Positions 39,044-53,383 of a stretch of DNA of 64,000 nt are shown here, in pieces (within the stretch, counting starts at the first letter, position 1; every line of letters starts with the position of its first letter). The stretch covers positions 20,522,001 to 20,586,000 of the forward strand of contig OX597837.1 of NCBI GenBank assembly GCA_951406725.2, written 5' to 3'. The notes under the pieces were generated by a model, which did not search any database, was not told the DNA's origin, and saw only the letters and a program-made list of their open reading frames with translations. Origin of the DNA: Octopus vulgaris. Lineage: Eukaryota. Both the position numbers and the translations under genes were made by a program.

Positions 39044-39104
39044 TATATATATATATATATATATCTGTAGGTGTATATATTTATATGTATATATATATAT
39101 ATAT

Positions 39105-39160
<56 letters not shown>

Positions 39161-39193
39161 TTATATAGATAGATAGATATAGACATACATACA

Positions 39194-40414
39194 CAGGGTG
39201 TGTAAGATATTTCAAGACAGATTTATGCTTATAAAAAAACAGATCTATAATAACAGATAATACCTTTATTTATCAAATAATACTATTAGGATAAAAATAA
39301 ACCTTCTTTTCTATGTTATTAAATAACACCACCTTCAGCTTCAACAACAGCTTCTGTATGCGATCTAAATCCTCTACATGCTCGAATCAAGTGGTCCTGA
39401 TTCATTTTGGACAATACTCTGACTATGGCAGCTTTAAGAACATCTTTGATGTTATGGGCATGTTCATTGACCTCTCTCTCTCAACAACGCTCTACATGTA
39501 TTAGTCCAATGGATTGAGATCTGGGCAACTAGGAGGCAAAATGTTCGGGGCTATGTGATCATGAAAATTTTCAGCCATCCATTCCTGTGTTACTAGAGCC
39601 ATGTGTAATAGTGCAGAGTCTTCCTGAAACACATATGGCCTTCCATTGCATACACTGTCTATCCAGGGCTTAACAATTATTTCCAGGATCTCAACGTAGG
39701 TGGCAGAGTTAAGTCTAAGGCCTTGTGGAAAGAAGTAAGGAGACATCACATGTCCTTCATAGCAGGCAACCCCTAAAACCATGACAGTTGCAGGAAATTT
39801 TGTATGCATATCACTCAGAACTTTGGACGGCTCTGCACATAACCATCTTCTGTTAACTTTCAGATCTTGGTTGAAGTTTCTCTTGTATTAGAAAAACCAA
39901 ATCAAATCTTCTGCTGAATTATTCAGTTTGTTTATGAGCCTTTTAGATCTCATGAAGTGATTTTCTTTTGCTTTTTCTGACATATAAGACTTATATCTGA
40001 TGTTTTCATGGACAACATTTCTGACTGCCCCTTCTGACACATGGAGATTTTTTGCAATTGATCTCATAGACTTTCTGGGATTGTAATGAATGGTCTGTTG
40101 AACTTGCTGGATAAATTCAGGTGTTCTGATGATTTCAGAGTGTTTGCCATGCTTATTATGCTTTGATACTGGTGATAAATTTCCATCTTCAGTCTCTAGC
40201 TCCTTACAAACTTTATAGATGAAAGATATGGCAATTTTTAAAAATTGAGATATGCTCAGCCTTTATGACCACAATAACATCATGCCTCTTTATTTCTTGA
40301 GTAAACTGAGAGTCTGCTATTATTATTTTCTGAAACAAAGATTATACAGAGTTAGCAAAAAATGCAGCAATGACCCCAAAAAAAGGTATATCATCAAATA
40401 CCTTAGGCACCCTG
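39194..40414 (-). mobile_element. Decayed maT (DD37D) Tc1/mariner transposon
   Basis: TIRs CAGGGTGTGTAAGATATTT and AAATACCTTAGGCACCCTG|TA. ORF 39501-39809 has FQED-x37-D with PPSCPDLNPLD. Confidence 0.9.
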
Positions 40415-40416
40415 TA

Positions 40417-40448
<32 letters not shown>

Positions 40449-40471
40449 ACTCAGAGTTTTGTGATGACTTC

Positions 40472-40637
40472 GAGATATGCTCAGCCTTTATGACCACAAT
40501 AACATCATGCCTCTTCATTTCTTGAGTAAAATGAGAGTCTGCCATTATTATTTTCTGAAACAAAGATTATACAGAGTTAGCAAAAAATGCAGCTATGACC
40601 CCAAAAAAGGTATATCCTCAAATACCTTAGGCACCCT
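40472..40637 (-). repeat. Tandem duplicate of the maT terminal ~165 bp
   Basis: Near-identical to 40247-40413. Confidence 0.9.
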
Positions 40638-40708
40638 CAGTATGTATATGCTATATATATATATATTATATATATATATGATATTATATATATATATATG
40701 TATATATA

Positions 40709-40756
<48 letters not shown>

Positions 40757-41619
40757 TAATAAAGGTATGCAGGTGTCAATTCATTATGGCTCTTTCAAGT
40801 GACTCCATTAATTGATTAATGAAAAGGTAACATCATTTGAAAGAAATCGTTCTTGTCAGATGACCGCATAGACTTCAAACATAAAGGATACAAGCATTTC
40901 CTTAAGATATTCACATCAATAATGGAACTCAAAATATTTACATTGTTTCTTTTGTCATAACTGAGGCAGAATGAGTTTAGAAAATAATGCATACTGTGTT
41001 AAATCTATAATAATAAATACCCAAACGAATTTCTGTGTCAGTGTGTCACACTTTGACACCTCCCCTCTCTCACTATTCAATGACACTTCTACTATTCCTT
41101 ATGTTCAGGTGAGAACAATAGTAGGCATAGTGACTGTGAGGACGGTAGGAGATTGACACCTGTGATGGTAATAGGTGATAGTAATAGTATGAGCTGTAGT
41201 TGTGATAGAGGCGGAGGCAACAGTGATGATGGTGGTGGTGGTGGTGGTGGTGGTGGTGGTGGTAGCCAAGGCAATCAGGGATAGTAAGCAATATGAAAGA
41301 CAGCAATGATGGTGGTGGAGGGGAAGGCAGTGAAGTCAAAGGTATCAATGGTGGTGGCGTCAGAAGTCTGAATAGTGTGTATATGGCAGTTGCAATGATG
41401 ATGGTAGTGATACTGGTGATGGTGATGCTCAAAAGCAGACAACAGGAAGTGAGCGAGAGAGAGAAAGAAGGAGGCTAGATAGAAAAAAAATTGTACTGAT
41501 CCCTGAATGGATCCAATCACAACAAATTACAAAGACTAAGTCCTCAGGTCGGTTTGTTTAACTAAAAGCAGTGCTCCAGCATGGCCACAGTCAAATAACT
41601 GAAACAAGTCAAAGAATAA

Positions 41620-41785
41620 ATGCTGGCAAATTTATTTTACTCTGTCTCCTGTTTCTGACGAAGAGTTTCACTCAAAACATGAAACATGCTTTCTTTCTTT
41701 CCCTGAGCGTCTTTTAATACTCTGCATGTACCACGTCCTCGCATTGCTTTTTCTTGTGTTTTTTCATTCTTTTTTTTTTTTGGAT

Positions 41786-41790
<5 letters not shown>
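41620..41790 (+). mobile_element. Penelope-like pLTR fragment with decayed hammerhead (41651-41685)
   Basis: GTTT-CTGACGA-A-GAG-TTTCA-CTC-AAAAC-ATG-AAAC; ends in (AT)n. Confidence 0.55.
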
Positions 41791-41840
<50 letters not shown>

Positions 41841-41843
<3 letters not shown>

Positions 41844-41990
41844 TACTACCCACAAGGGGCTAAACATAGAGGGGACAAAGGATGAAAGGCAAAGTCGACC
41901 TCGGCGGAATTTGAACTCAGAGCGTAACGGCAGACGAAATACGGCTCCGCATTTCTCCCGGTGTGCTAACGTGTCTGCCAGCTCGCCGCC
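41841..41990 (-). mobile_element. SINE family B, young and internally deleted
   Basis: Minus strand GGCGGCGAGCTGGCAGA...GAGTTCAAATTCCGCCGAGGTCGACTTTGCCTTTCATCC. Confidence 0.85.
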
Positions 41991-42838
41991 TTTTTATATA
42001 TATATATATACATACATATATATATACAAGCATATATATATATATTTACACACATACACACATATATATATACATACACACACATATATATACATACACA
42101 CACACATATATACATACACACACACATATATACATACACACACACATATACATACACACACACACGCACATATATATATATATATATATATAAACCATGC
42201 TAAATCAGATTGGTACCTCGTGTAGCCCTCCAGCTTAATAGTTACAGTTAAACCTTCTAACCCATGCCAGCAAAGAAAGCAGACACTACATGATGATGAT
42301 ACACCTATATACATCCAGCTGTAGTAACAATTCCAAATCAGACTGGAGTCTGTTGCAGCCTTCCAGCATGCCGGCCCAGCAAAACTTTCCAACCCATGCC
42401 ATCATGGACAACAAGCGTTAAATAATGATGATATGTATACATACATACATACATACATACATACGTATATATAATTTAACAACACATGTAAAAGTAGACT
42501 TCAAAATAGATATAGGAATATATTTAATGTGTGTGTGTGTGCATATAGATGCATCTACATACATAAATATATGTACATATATACATGTAAATGTACACAG
42601 ACACATACAAATGCTAGTTACAGATATGTAATGAATACAATTTATACATACACACCCATTCTCTCTCTCCCTCTCTCTCACAAACATACACATGTATTAA
42701 ACAACTTCATATACTTCTAAATAAACACACACACACAAACACACATATGACTACTTACTGATAGTATACACACCTATTCATATTTGCATAAAGATATTCC
42801 AAAAACCAATACATATAATTTCAAAAATTTTACATAGA

Positions 42839-42871
<33 letters not shown>

Positions 42872-42994
42872 GATGTGTACAAACATGTGTCTATAAAAAT
42901 GGTTCTTTCACAGTATATATATATATACATACACACATATATATATGGATATATATATATAGATGTGTATAAACGTGTCTATAAAGGTGGTGGT

Positions 42995-43052
<58 letters not shown>

Positions 43053-43438
43053 GTATGTATATTTATAATCGTTCTTTTACCGGAGGCACAATGTTACATC
43101 ATCATGAGCTGACATTCAGTGCAGCAATCATATAACCCAGAGAGAAACTGTTAATTAACGTACACCAGGTGCACTGATTCCTAATGGGATGCAGGTATCG
43201 TAAACGATGCGGTAGTGGGAGGGTGGGTGCATGGGGATGGTGTGGGAGTGAAAAGAAATGATGCAAAGGCGGAACTAGGTGCAGTGCAGGATGGGACAGA
43301 AGTTGCCAAGGAATTAGGAGCTGTTATGATGGGAGAATGTGAAGTCTAGAAGGCATATGAAGGAAGTGGCCTGAGATAGGGGCCAGGGCGGTACAGGTAC
43401 AGTGAAAGTGGGTCAGAACAAGGAAGAACATGTATATA

Positions 43439-43508
<70 letters not shown>

Positions 43509-43510
43509 TA

Positions 43511-43657
43511 TATTCCTTTTGACTGCAGCCTTGCTGAAGCACTGCCTTTAGTCAAACAAATCAGCCTCAGGACTTATTCTTTGTAAGCCCAGTACTTATT
43601 CTATTGGTCTCTTTTGATGAACCACTAAGTAATGGGTACATAAACAGACACAGAAAC

Positions 43658-43688
<31 letters not shown>

Positions 43689-43846
43689 GCTTCTTTGAGT
43701 TTCCGCCTACCAAAACCACTCACAAGGCTTTGGTCGGACTGAGGCTAAAGTAGAAGACACTTGCCCAAGGTGCCATGCAGTGGGACTGAACCCAGAACCA
43801 TATGGTTGGGAAGCAAGCGACTTACCACACAGCCATTCCAGCACCT
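43511..43846 (-). mobile_element. SINE family A
   Basis: GACACTTGCCCAAGGTGCCATGCAGTGGGACTGAACC. Confidence 0.85.
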
Positions 43847-43850
43847 ACGC

Positions 43851-43915
<65 letters not shown>

Positions 43916-44060
43916 GTTCAATTCAGCTCCATGTGGCCTTAAGTTTCACAGGCCTCTAACAGACTCCTCTATCTTTCTGCCTTAAATTGCCAAAAGGAGG
44001 AAAATATTGCTATTGGTCAAGTGGGTCACATGGAGTTGTCAGAGTAAGATTAATTGCTCA

Positions 44061-44118
<58 letters not shown>

Positions 44119-44322
44119 GGTGGTGGTGGTATGTAAATTCACTATCACACACATACAGTGAATTTATGTATGTACATGTTTTAAGTACACATTGTATTCT
44201 GAAATTAAACAACTTGTTTAGCTCGGAACTTATGCTTTACAACCTAGCTACATGGATATGTGAGGGTATGTGCACATGTTTATCTCTCTCTTTCTCCCTG
44301 TCCCTTATTTCCTCAATGTATG

Positions 44323-44358
<36 letters not shown>

Positions 44359-44850
44359 AACCCATGCATGAAGAAAAACTCACATAAAGTTATACACCTA
44401 AGAAAATATGTAAGATATATTGGTATATGTAGAAATATATAAACATGAATAAGTGTATATGTATATGTACACGTGTAGACACACACACACACACACACAT
44501 CTATACATTCCTTCTTTCTCCTTTTCTTTCTTTGCACATGTAAATATGCAAAGAAAGTGGGGTGATGACAAGATAGCATCAAGGGAGAAATTATCAGGGA
44601 AAAGAATATAAGGGGTGGGGGACAGTATTTGAAGATGAAGATGTGAAACTTTCATAATGGAGTATGGGTCTGTAGTTTAGAATGATGACTGTGGACAGGG
44701 CGGGATGAGGAGGGAGGTAGGTAGCAGTAGGGGGTTAGAAACCAAATTTTGAAAAATTTATTTTAGAGTTAATTGTATATGTTTAATTGCACTTGTAGGA
44801 TCATGGGGAAGTGTGTGATGCATGTTTGTGCGCACGTGTGCGTGTGTATG

Positions 44851-44900
<50 letters not shown>

Positions 44901-45122
44901 TTTATATACACATGCACCAACACACATACAAACACTCATCTAAACCCACCACATACACACACACCGACAAACATACAAACAATGCATATATACTTACACA
45001 AAGTTACTTGCATCTATGGATATATATATATATATACATACATATATATATATAAACATATATATCTACAGACATATATACATTCACACATTTCTACACA
45101 CAGGCACACATATACACACACA

Positions 45123-45167
<45 letters not shown>

Positions 45168-45511
45168 TACGTGCATGCATGCACAAACGCGCACACATAC
45201 ACTCATATGTGGGTAGAGGGTACAAATAAAATACATACACAAAATCAAGGGAATCAGCAAAACCACCACCCCCTTCCGACATACACGCAAGCCCTAATCA
45301 CCCCCACCTTATACCAGAGTGGGAGACAAAGCAGAAAGCAACAATGAGGGGAGGGATAAAGATGGTGAGTGCAGTGCATAGATCCCCACCTGTACTAAAG
45401 AGAGGGTGGAAAGGAGGAGGAAAAGATGGAGAAAGAGAGAGAGAGATAGAGAAGAGGTGTCATATACAAGTGTCCCCCCACTTACACGGTAGATGACAAG
45501 AGACAGAGAAA

Positions 45512-45559
<48 letters not shown>

Positions 45560-45859
45560 TGTGTATAGAGATAGAAAAAAAAATTTATGGAGAGAGAGAG
45601 AGAGAGAGAGAAGACACTTGCTAAAAGTAGAACATTCTAGATGTGCAGAAAACGTTAAAAACTTTTTGTTGCCAAAAGGGGAAACTTATCTTGGTTGAAT
45701 ATTAATTGCATTCAGCTTATTAAATCATTGCGTGCAGAGGGTCGGGTGGTGGGGCAGGGTGGGGGATGGTTATGATGGTGGTGCTAGAGATGAAGGAGGA
45801 AGGCAGGTTGTGAAAGTGCTGAGAGATGAGAAATAGAAATAATGATCTGTAACATCATA

Positions 45860-45889
<30 letters not shown>

Positions 45890-45891
<2 letters not shown>

Positions 45892-46420
45892 ATCCTTTCT
45901 ACTAAAGGCACAAGACCTGGAAGGTTGTGGGGAGGTGTGGGGGTAGTCAATTTCACCAACCCCAATGTGTAACTGGTACTTATTTCATTGACTCTCAAAA
46001 AGATGAAAGGCAAAGTCAATAATAATACTTTTCTACTACTGGCACAAGACCAGAGATTTTGGCAGAGGGGATCAATCAATTACACTGACCCCAGTGTTTC
46101 ACTGGTACTTAATATATTAAACCCAAAAGGATAAAAAGCAAAGATGAACACAGCAGAATTTAAATTCAGGACATGAAGCCAGAATAAATACCACTCAGTA
46201 TTCTGTCTGGTATGATAATGGTTTTACCAGCTCACTGCCTCTTACAATCGGTTTGACACAAAGCCAGCAACTTCAGGGGAAGGAATCATGTCAATTACAT
46301 CACCGCCTCTCCCCCATGCTCAACTGCTATAGTTATTTTATAAACTTTGAAAGGATAAAAAGTAAAGCTGACCTTGGTGGACTTTGAACTCAGGACATAA
46401 AGATGGATGAAACGCAGTTT
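45890..46420 (-). mobile_element. Cluster of three SINE B copies or fragments
   Basis: Repeated CTGGTACTTA..GAAAGGATAAAAG modules. Confidence 0.7.
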
Positions 46421-46799
46421 ACCTCTGCAATGTAAACAGCTGTCAAAGATTCCATATGCTGGAATGCTCGACATGATGTTCCAAAAGCTGGGATATCCTA
46501 GAAACAGCTTGCCAGACACTATCTAAACCTTTAATTATATGGCTAAATTAAAATGTCCTTGTCAAGTCTCACCAACCTGTTAACCTTTTCTTTTCTACTT
46601 TAACCTACACCTACCGACTCAAAGGGAAGCCACATCTAGCCACTTTGGATAAAGTAAATCGTACCTTCAATTGCAGTTCAAACCAGAATTTTAGTACCAT
46701 ACCTATTTCAGTGCTCAGAACACATACCTATTAATTTGAGTCACTCTAAAAAAAACTTTTCATATCTTTTATAAATACATCTATCATAATAAATAAAAG

Positions 46800-46829
<30 letters not shown>

Positions 46830-46832
<3 letters not shown>

Positions 46833-47060
46833 TTTGTTTCTTTTTCTTTTTTTACCCGTTTCAGTCATTTCACTGCAGCCATGCTGGAGCACCACCTTTG
46901 GTCGAACAAACTGATTCCAGGACTTATTCTTTGAAAACCTAGTACTTATTCTATCGGTTTCTCTTGCCAAACTGCTAGGTAATGGGGACATAAACACACC
47001 AGCATCGGTTGTGAAGCGATGTTGGCGGGGGACAAACACAGACACACAAACATAAACATA

Positions 47061-47099
<39 letters not shown>

Positions 47100-47261
47100 A
47101 TGAGCTTCTTTCAGTTTTCGTCTACCAGATCCACTCACAAGGCTTTGGTCAGCCCGAGGCTATAGTACAAGACACTTGCCCAAGGTGCCACACAGTGGAA
47201 CTGGACCCAGAAACATGTGGTTGATAAGCAAGCTACTTACCACACAGCCACTCCTGTGCCT
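46830..47261 (-). mobile_element. SINE family A, full length
   Basis: Ends CTTACCACACAGCCACTCCTGTGCCT. Confidence 0.9.
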
Positions 47262-48090
47262 ATATATATATATATATATATATAAGTAAAAGTGATTAAT
47301 AAATCCAGGCAGATACCTATAAAGCACTCATTGTTAAACAAATTTGGTTAACACTATCAAAGCAACCAGATACCAATAAATTCAAGTATGCATGTGCATG
47401 TGGGTGTATATATGTGTGTGTGTGTGTGTGTGTATATATATGTATATACACACACATAAATACTGTTATGATGATGCAAACAGGAAAAATAGAACTCAAA
47501 CTATGAGTATCTACACTTTTACCAGAAGCAAGAGGGTGACTCAAATGTTGAGTGTTGGTCTGCCAACACATGAAACTCTTGGACCTTGAGTCACTCTGCT
47601 GCTTCTTCTAAATAATAATAATAAAAATATATATATATATACATTCATATATCTACATATATACATACATGTATTATACACACACAGACACACACACATA
47701 TATATGTGCCTACATACATGTACTACTGTTAAATTATGAATAGCTATTTATGTATATAGCTTACAGGAGCATGTATACTTTGTATCTTGTCTTCATTCCT
47801 CTTCTTAAATGCACGGTGTGGAGACATGGGAGGGAGGAATAGAAGCTGGGGTGGGGGCAGTTTTTTAAACACAAAAACATACATGTTTTTATATAGGGTA
47901 TATACACTCTATACAAACATATGAACATTATCAATGGCACCATCAAAGAAGCAGAGATGGCAGCCAGAATGTTCCAGGAAAACATCAAATTTCTATACAC
48001 AGCAGCCATTTCATTAAAAATCTGCAAGCCAAAGATTAGCCTACTAACTTCTAACTCCCAATATCATCTTGCGTATGTTTGCTGGTATAT

Positions 48091-48265
48091 ATCATCATCA
48101 TCATCAGTTAACGTCCGTTTTCCACGCTAGCATGGGTTGGACGGTTCGACCTATGTCTGGAAGCCATGAAGGCTGCACCAGGCTCTAGTCTGATTTGGCA
48201 GTGTTTCTACAGCTGGATGCCCTTTCTAAAACCCAACCACTCTGCGAGTGTATCCGGGTGTTTGC
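48091..48265 (-). mobile_element. SINE family C 3' part
   Basis: (CAT)n-GTTAACGTCCGTTTTCCACGCTAGCATGGGTTGGACG...CAGCTGGATGCCCTT. Confidence 0.8.
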
Positions 48266-48363
48266 TGATATACACACACATACATGTATATATATATATA
48301 AATATATACATACATATATATATATATATACATACATATATATATATACATACATATATATAT

Positions 48364-48424
<61 letters not shown>

Positions 48425-48752
48425 CACCGCCTTTAATCGAGGAACTCGACCCCGGGACTTATTCTTTTGTAAGCCCAGTTCTTATTCTATCGGTCTCTTT
48501 TGCCGAACTGCTAAGTAACGGGGACATAAACACACCAGCATCGGTTGTCAAGCAATGCTAGGGGGACAAACACAGACACACACATGCATATATATATATA
48601 CATATATACGACAAGCTTCTTTTCAGTTTCCGTCAACCAAATCCACTCACAAGGCTTTGGTCGACCCGAGGCTATAGTAGAAGACACTTGCCCAAGGTGC
48701 CACACAGTGGGACTGAACCTGGAACCATGTGGTTGGTACCACACAGCCACTC
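48425..48752 (-). mobile_element. SINE family A
   Basis: Reverse complement of the family body and head. Confidence 0.85.
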
Positions 48753-49890
48753 AGAAACAGGTGAAGGTTGGCAACAGGAAGAGCATCAAGTCATACGAAA
48801 AAAATCTATCTTGGCATAATTCTGTCTGACCCATGCAAACATGGAAGAGTATACCTTAAATGATGATGATGACAATGATGGTGGTGGTGGTGGTGATGTT
48901 TTAACAACTCAGCTCTGACAGTTTTGTGCTCTTTTTTTATATATTTGTTCTTGAGATGAAATCTAGTTTGGTTCTGCAGTACAAGTAATGTGTAAGGCAC
49001 TTCATGACGACTGGGGACAAAGCTGATTGAAATGTGGATGTGTGTATATATTGAAAAAAAAAAAAAAAAACCTTGAGAAATCTTTAGTTAAACATGAGGT
49101 TAACAGTCCACAGAAGATTATGGTCTTATGTATTTAGTGTCATCATCTTGTTACTGTTACAGGTCTTATCTGGTGGTCGCCTTGACAATTGATGCAGATG
49201 CTTGCTAGCTGTTTGTCTCCTGCATTCTGTCATGTCAACGCTGCTGAGCAGGATGACAGAGGAGGAGGAGGAGGCGGAGGAGGAGGAAGAGGAGAGTGGC
49301 TGGTGGCAGAAGGAGGAAGAGAAAAGGCAATCACTTACTGAGCAGCAGAGGGAAAATACGCACAATAGAGTGTCTGTCTCTCTCCCTTTCTACACAATCA
49401 CACACACACGTACACATGCATGCTCGCACATGCACACTCACACACGGTCACACACACACAGAGTCACTGGACTGCATCGGAGGAGGGGCACTGCCCACAA
49501 GGGTTAAAACTGACAGTATCAACTTGTATTGGTATAGCAATTATATTGGTCTCCATTTGTTGAATCGCTAATTTATGGTACATAAGGAATACTAACATAC
49601 ACTACACTGGTTTATAAAGAAGCATACACACACACACACACACACACACACAAATACATATAGGGTGACTTTCTGCACCGATTCCATGCATTAAACCCAA
49701 CCACAATGTGCTGGCCAAGAAGAGGTTACAGAAAAAACTGTAGCTTCTTGCTGTCCACTCCCCATCTCCCCCCACATATACAGAATAAACCCTTGCTTAA
49801 CCCTTTGGCATTCGGATTACTTTGCCAAAGATAATGCTTTATTTATTCACATTGTTTTGAATTAATCATGAGACGCAGATATATGTCCAC

Positions 49891-50061
49891 AGCTCCATAA
49901 AGAAGTGCTGGTCACTCAAAATGGTTGGAATTTGAGGAATAGAGAAATTCAGGAAGACATGGGATGAAATGCTAAAGGACAACTTCAGGACACTGAACCT
50001 TTCTGAGAAGATGACAAAGAACCGAGATATCTGGTGCCTTTCTGTACTCAAGAAGACTTGG
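49891..50061 (+). mobile_element. RTE-clade LINE ORF C-terminal fragment
   Basis: SSIKKCWSLKMVGI*GIEKFRKTWDEMLKDNFRTLNLSEKMTKNRDIWCLSV resembles RTE G.R.RGRP.KTW...DR..WR. Confidence 0.7.
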
Positions 50062-50354
50062 TGCAAAGGTGAATGAGTCTCTCCAGGTCAAGCCATTCCA
50101 CACTGAGAGCTCACAAATCCAGTGCTATAGACATGTGATTAGAATGTCAAAGGAAAGACTTACAAGAATGGATACTTCAATTGGCAGGAGATTGACCAAG
50201 AACAGGATGGTTGGATAATATTCAGTCCCAGAATTCAGCCAGAAAGTTTAATGACAGTTATTTCCAATAGGACCCTGTGAGGGAGACACTTGATGACTCT
50301 ACCCTTATGATCCTCCTAGAAATAGTGGGCTGAGAAGATGGATAGGTGACTAAT

Positions 50355-50612
50355 CACCCTTTCATTACCATATTTCTGTTTAAATTCGGTGGTTTTTGTT
50401 TGAATTCATTTTGAAAATAATGAAGAATTCAGCAAATAACTCTATCGTTGTCAATCTGATATTTGGAACAGAAATTAGCATGAAATTTTACATTGCTAAT
50501 CTGGTATTTGGAACATGAATTAACATGAAGTTTTTTATGGAAGGTTTTGATTTAAAATGGTAAGTTTGTATCACAGAACAGGTCTCAGACAAGTTGGAAT
50601 CAAAAGAGTTAC
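50355..50612. mobile_element. Old piggyBac-type MITE related to family 1
   Basis: ACCCTTTCATTACCATATT start and AAAAGAGTTA end. Confidence 0.55.
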
Positions 50613-50944
50613 AAAAAAATATTCATTTCTATCTGATATCCAAAATGTTTTTGTCAGTATGTCATTTATAAGTTTAGTTGCCACAGACAAGGTGAAACAT
50701 GCCTGACATTTCAGACATTGTATTACATAATTAAACCACTTCAATATATGACTTCTTTACAAAATATCAGACTTTTTCAGTCCTCACAGTAACCAAATTC
50801 ATTGACATCAGCAAACATGCTTTGGATTGTGTTATTTTCACAAGTACTTATGATCCACAGACTCTGAATCATCACATGATATACACGCTCTAACAACAGA
50901 TAACTCGATTTTCATTTCTTTTTAGATTTAATCCATTAGAAATA

Positions 50945-51200
50945 ATGAAGAGAGCCAGATTAAGCATTGAACATAGGACATTTATTATAAAATCCAACTG
51001 AAAGTTTGAAAACACAGTTGAAGTTCAAAGACAGTTTAGGAAGGAGTTTCAAAAAGATCCGCCAATGCAACTTACCATCAATAGAAATTAGAATTAAGTT
51101 TGAAGCTGTAGGAATGTTCAGAATGTCCACAGAACAAAAAAAAAAAGTTCCAGAAGGCCCCCAAAGAAAGAAGGGGTACTAGAAAAGTATTGCCAGAGCT
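50945..51200 (+). mobile_element. Tc1/mariner transposase N-terminal remnant (DUF4817-like HTH)
   Basis: MKRARLSIEHRTFIIKSN*KFENTVEVQRQFRKEFQKDPPMQLTI, then frameshifted KFEAVG. Confidence 0.65.
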
Positions 51201-51239
51201 TCAGGAAATGTTGGCAGGTAGAGAAAGGCCAACATATTT

Positions 51240-51402
51240 CCTGAATGGAACACCAGTCCATTGCAGGATTACAGTGGAGTGGAGCAAAGTAAAATTAAGT
51301 GTTTTGCAAAAGAACACCATGCGCTTAATGGTCTGGAAATTGAAACCACAATGTAGTGATTGTGCATGAAACACCCTAACCACTAGGCCATGTGACTTCA
51401 CA
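51240..51402 (-). mobile_element. SINE family D
   Basis: Minus strand has TGGCCTAGTGGTTAGGG, GTTTCAATTTCC and CCTGCAATGGACTGGTG. Confidence 0.7.
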
Positions 51403-51435
51403 TACACGAAACCACACCACACACATTCACACATA

Positions 51436-52321
51436 TTGGGTCATCCCCTAAATAATGCAGTTATTTTATACTAATTTCACTTTTCAAAATTAAGAATAAC
51501 TAAGTTCTTTTTTTAATTCAAAATATACTCTCCTTCATTTTCTACAATGCCTTTCCATCTATGTGGTAGACTTGTCCATGATCAAAAACACTGTTCTGAC
51601 CTCATTTACAGAATTCATATTTTTTCCATACAAATGATTTTGAAGACTGTGGCATAAATGATAATCAGATGGGGGAATGTCTGGCGAATATGGTAGGTGG
51701 AGCATTGTTTCCCATCCAAACTGCTCCAGCCTTTGGAATGTCATCCTTGCTGTATATGAGCAGGCATTATCCTGGTGGAAGAACACCTTTCATATTGAAA
51801 CCAAAGATGGTTTTTCTTCAAGCGCTGACTTGAATGACTGGTTGAATGACCAAATCCAAGCTTCTCTGCTAGTTCCTCAACAGTTATGATGGGATTTTGT
51901 TCCACCAGGGTTTGCAGGATGTCCTCGTCCAGCTCTACAGACCTACCAGGACAAGGCTCATCTTCTAGGCTGTAGTTTCCAGCTTGGAATTTCTGGAACC
52001 ACCATTGACACTGGCTTACAGTTATTGTCTGATACCCATATACTTCATTAATATTCCTTGCATTTTCTGTTGTGTTGTTGCCTTTGTTGAACTCATAAAG
52101 CAATATATGCCGAATATGCTCCTTTGTCACTTCCATTACAGCTTTGAATAGATAACTGTCAAAATCAAACTGCACTCTTCAAAACTTGCACTACGAATAA
52201 GTACAAGGTAAAATTACTACCTGCTTTTATAGCAAGTTGATGCAGGTAGTTTATCCTGTCCCCGTTGAACTTTCAGTTCATGTAATTGAAAATAAAACAC
52301 ATTATTTATGAGATGACCCAA
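51436..52321 (-). mobile_element. Internally deleted mariner (DD34D) transposon
   Basis: TA|TTGGGTCATCCCCTAAATAATG ... CATTATTTATGAGATGACCCAA|TA. N-terminal HTH MEVTKEHIRHILLYEF..LEDEPCPGRS and C-terminal FHQD-x34-D with YSPDIPPSD; the central region is missing. Confidence 0.93.
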
Positions 52322-52339
52322 TATATGCACACACACAAA

Positions 52340-52650
52340 CGCCCATGCTGGTGCCATATAGAAGTGTCCATGCTACTGCCATGTAAAAGCACTTGTACTA
52401 ATGCGACATAAAAGCGCCCATGCTGGTGCCACATAAAAGCACCTGTGCCGGGGTCATATAAAAGCATCCATGCCAGAGCTACTTTAAAAGCACTCAGATA
52501 GTACACTCTGTAAAGTGGTTGACATTAAGAAACCATGCCAGAACAGATGAAATGGAACCTGGGAAACTCTCCATCTGGCCAGCTCCTGTCAAACTGTCCA
52601 ACCCATACCAGCATGGAAAAAACAGATGTTAATGATGATGATGATGAGGA
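52340..52650 (+). mobile_element. SINE family C with internal 25-bp tandem array
   Basis: About six units of C(G/A)CCCATGCTGGTGCCACATAAAAG (52340-52490), then the family tail and (GAT)n. Confidence 0.75.
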
Positions 52651-53383
52651 GGATACGAATGTATATATACATGCATAATGCCTTTGTTTACATAACTGAA
52701 CGAGGCCTCTACACATTACCAAAATACACAAAGCACTGTCACGTCATATGGAAACATACAATTACATATACTAATCAGATCTTCAGAGTAAATTAGTCTA
52801 GCTAATGAGTGCTCCCCCCCCCCCACCTCATATACACACACAGACACACACACACACAGGTATGTGTAGAAATGCACCTTTCTAGGAGTCGTGTTCACTA
52901 TGGAAGATGTTCACAGCAGTGTCTGTTTGACAGTTATCTATTCAAAGAACTGATGATGATGATGATGAGGATGGTGGTGATGATGATGATGGTGATGATG
53001 ATAGTGGTGGTGGTGGTGGTGGCAGTTGTGTACACGTTTGCACACTACTACCTGCCACTTGAAAACGTGTTATCTCTTCAACCACCACCTGCGTATTTTC
53101 CCGCCAGACGCCACCACCGCTAATTGCATCTACATTTACTGCCAGCACCACCACCACCACCACCACCAGCAACAACAACTACATCCACTGCCATCGCCAT
53201 CACCACCACCACCACCACCACCATCATCACAACCAACAACCATAACAACAGAAACAAGTGTCAACCATCAATGTCAGTCACTAAACATCACAAAGGTATA
53301 CAGCAAAAATGGAAGCCTCTTCATGGTCACTCAACTTACTAGAAATAGCAGCCAAATTGCCTTCACAAATACAATTTGGCCTT

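Noticed and set aside
45739-45765. G-quadruplex motif (also 43217-43236)
   Set aside because: Expected by chance in G-rich low-complexity tracts; no functional context.
46435-46740. Possible RTE reverse-transcriptase remnant (..MFQKLGYPRN..)
   Set aside because: Only weak motif resemblance across frameshifts; a profile search is needed.
52340-52490. Regular 25-bp repeats resembling a CRISPR array
   Set aside because: Units are contiguous with no unique spacers, lie inside SINE family C (also at about 5830 and 56300), and no cas genes are present.
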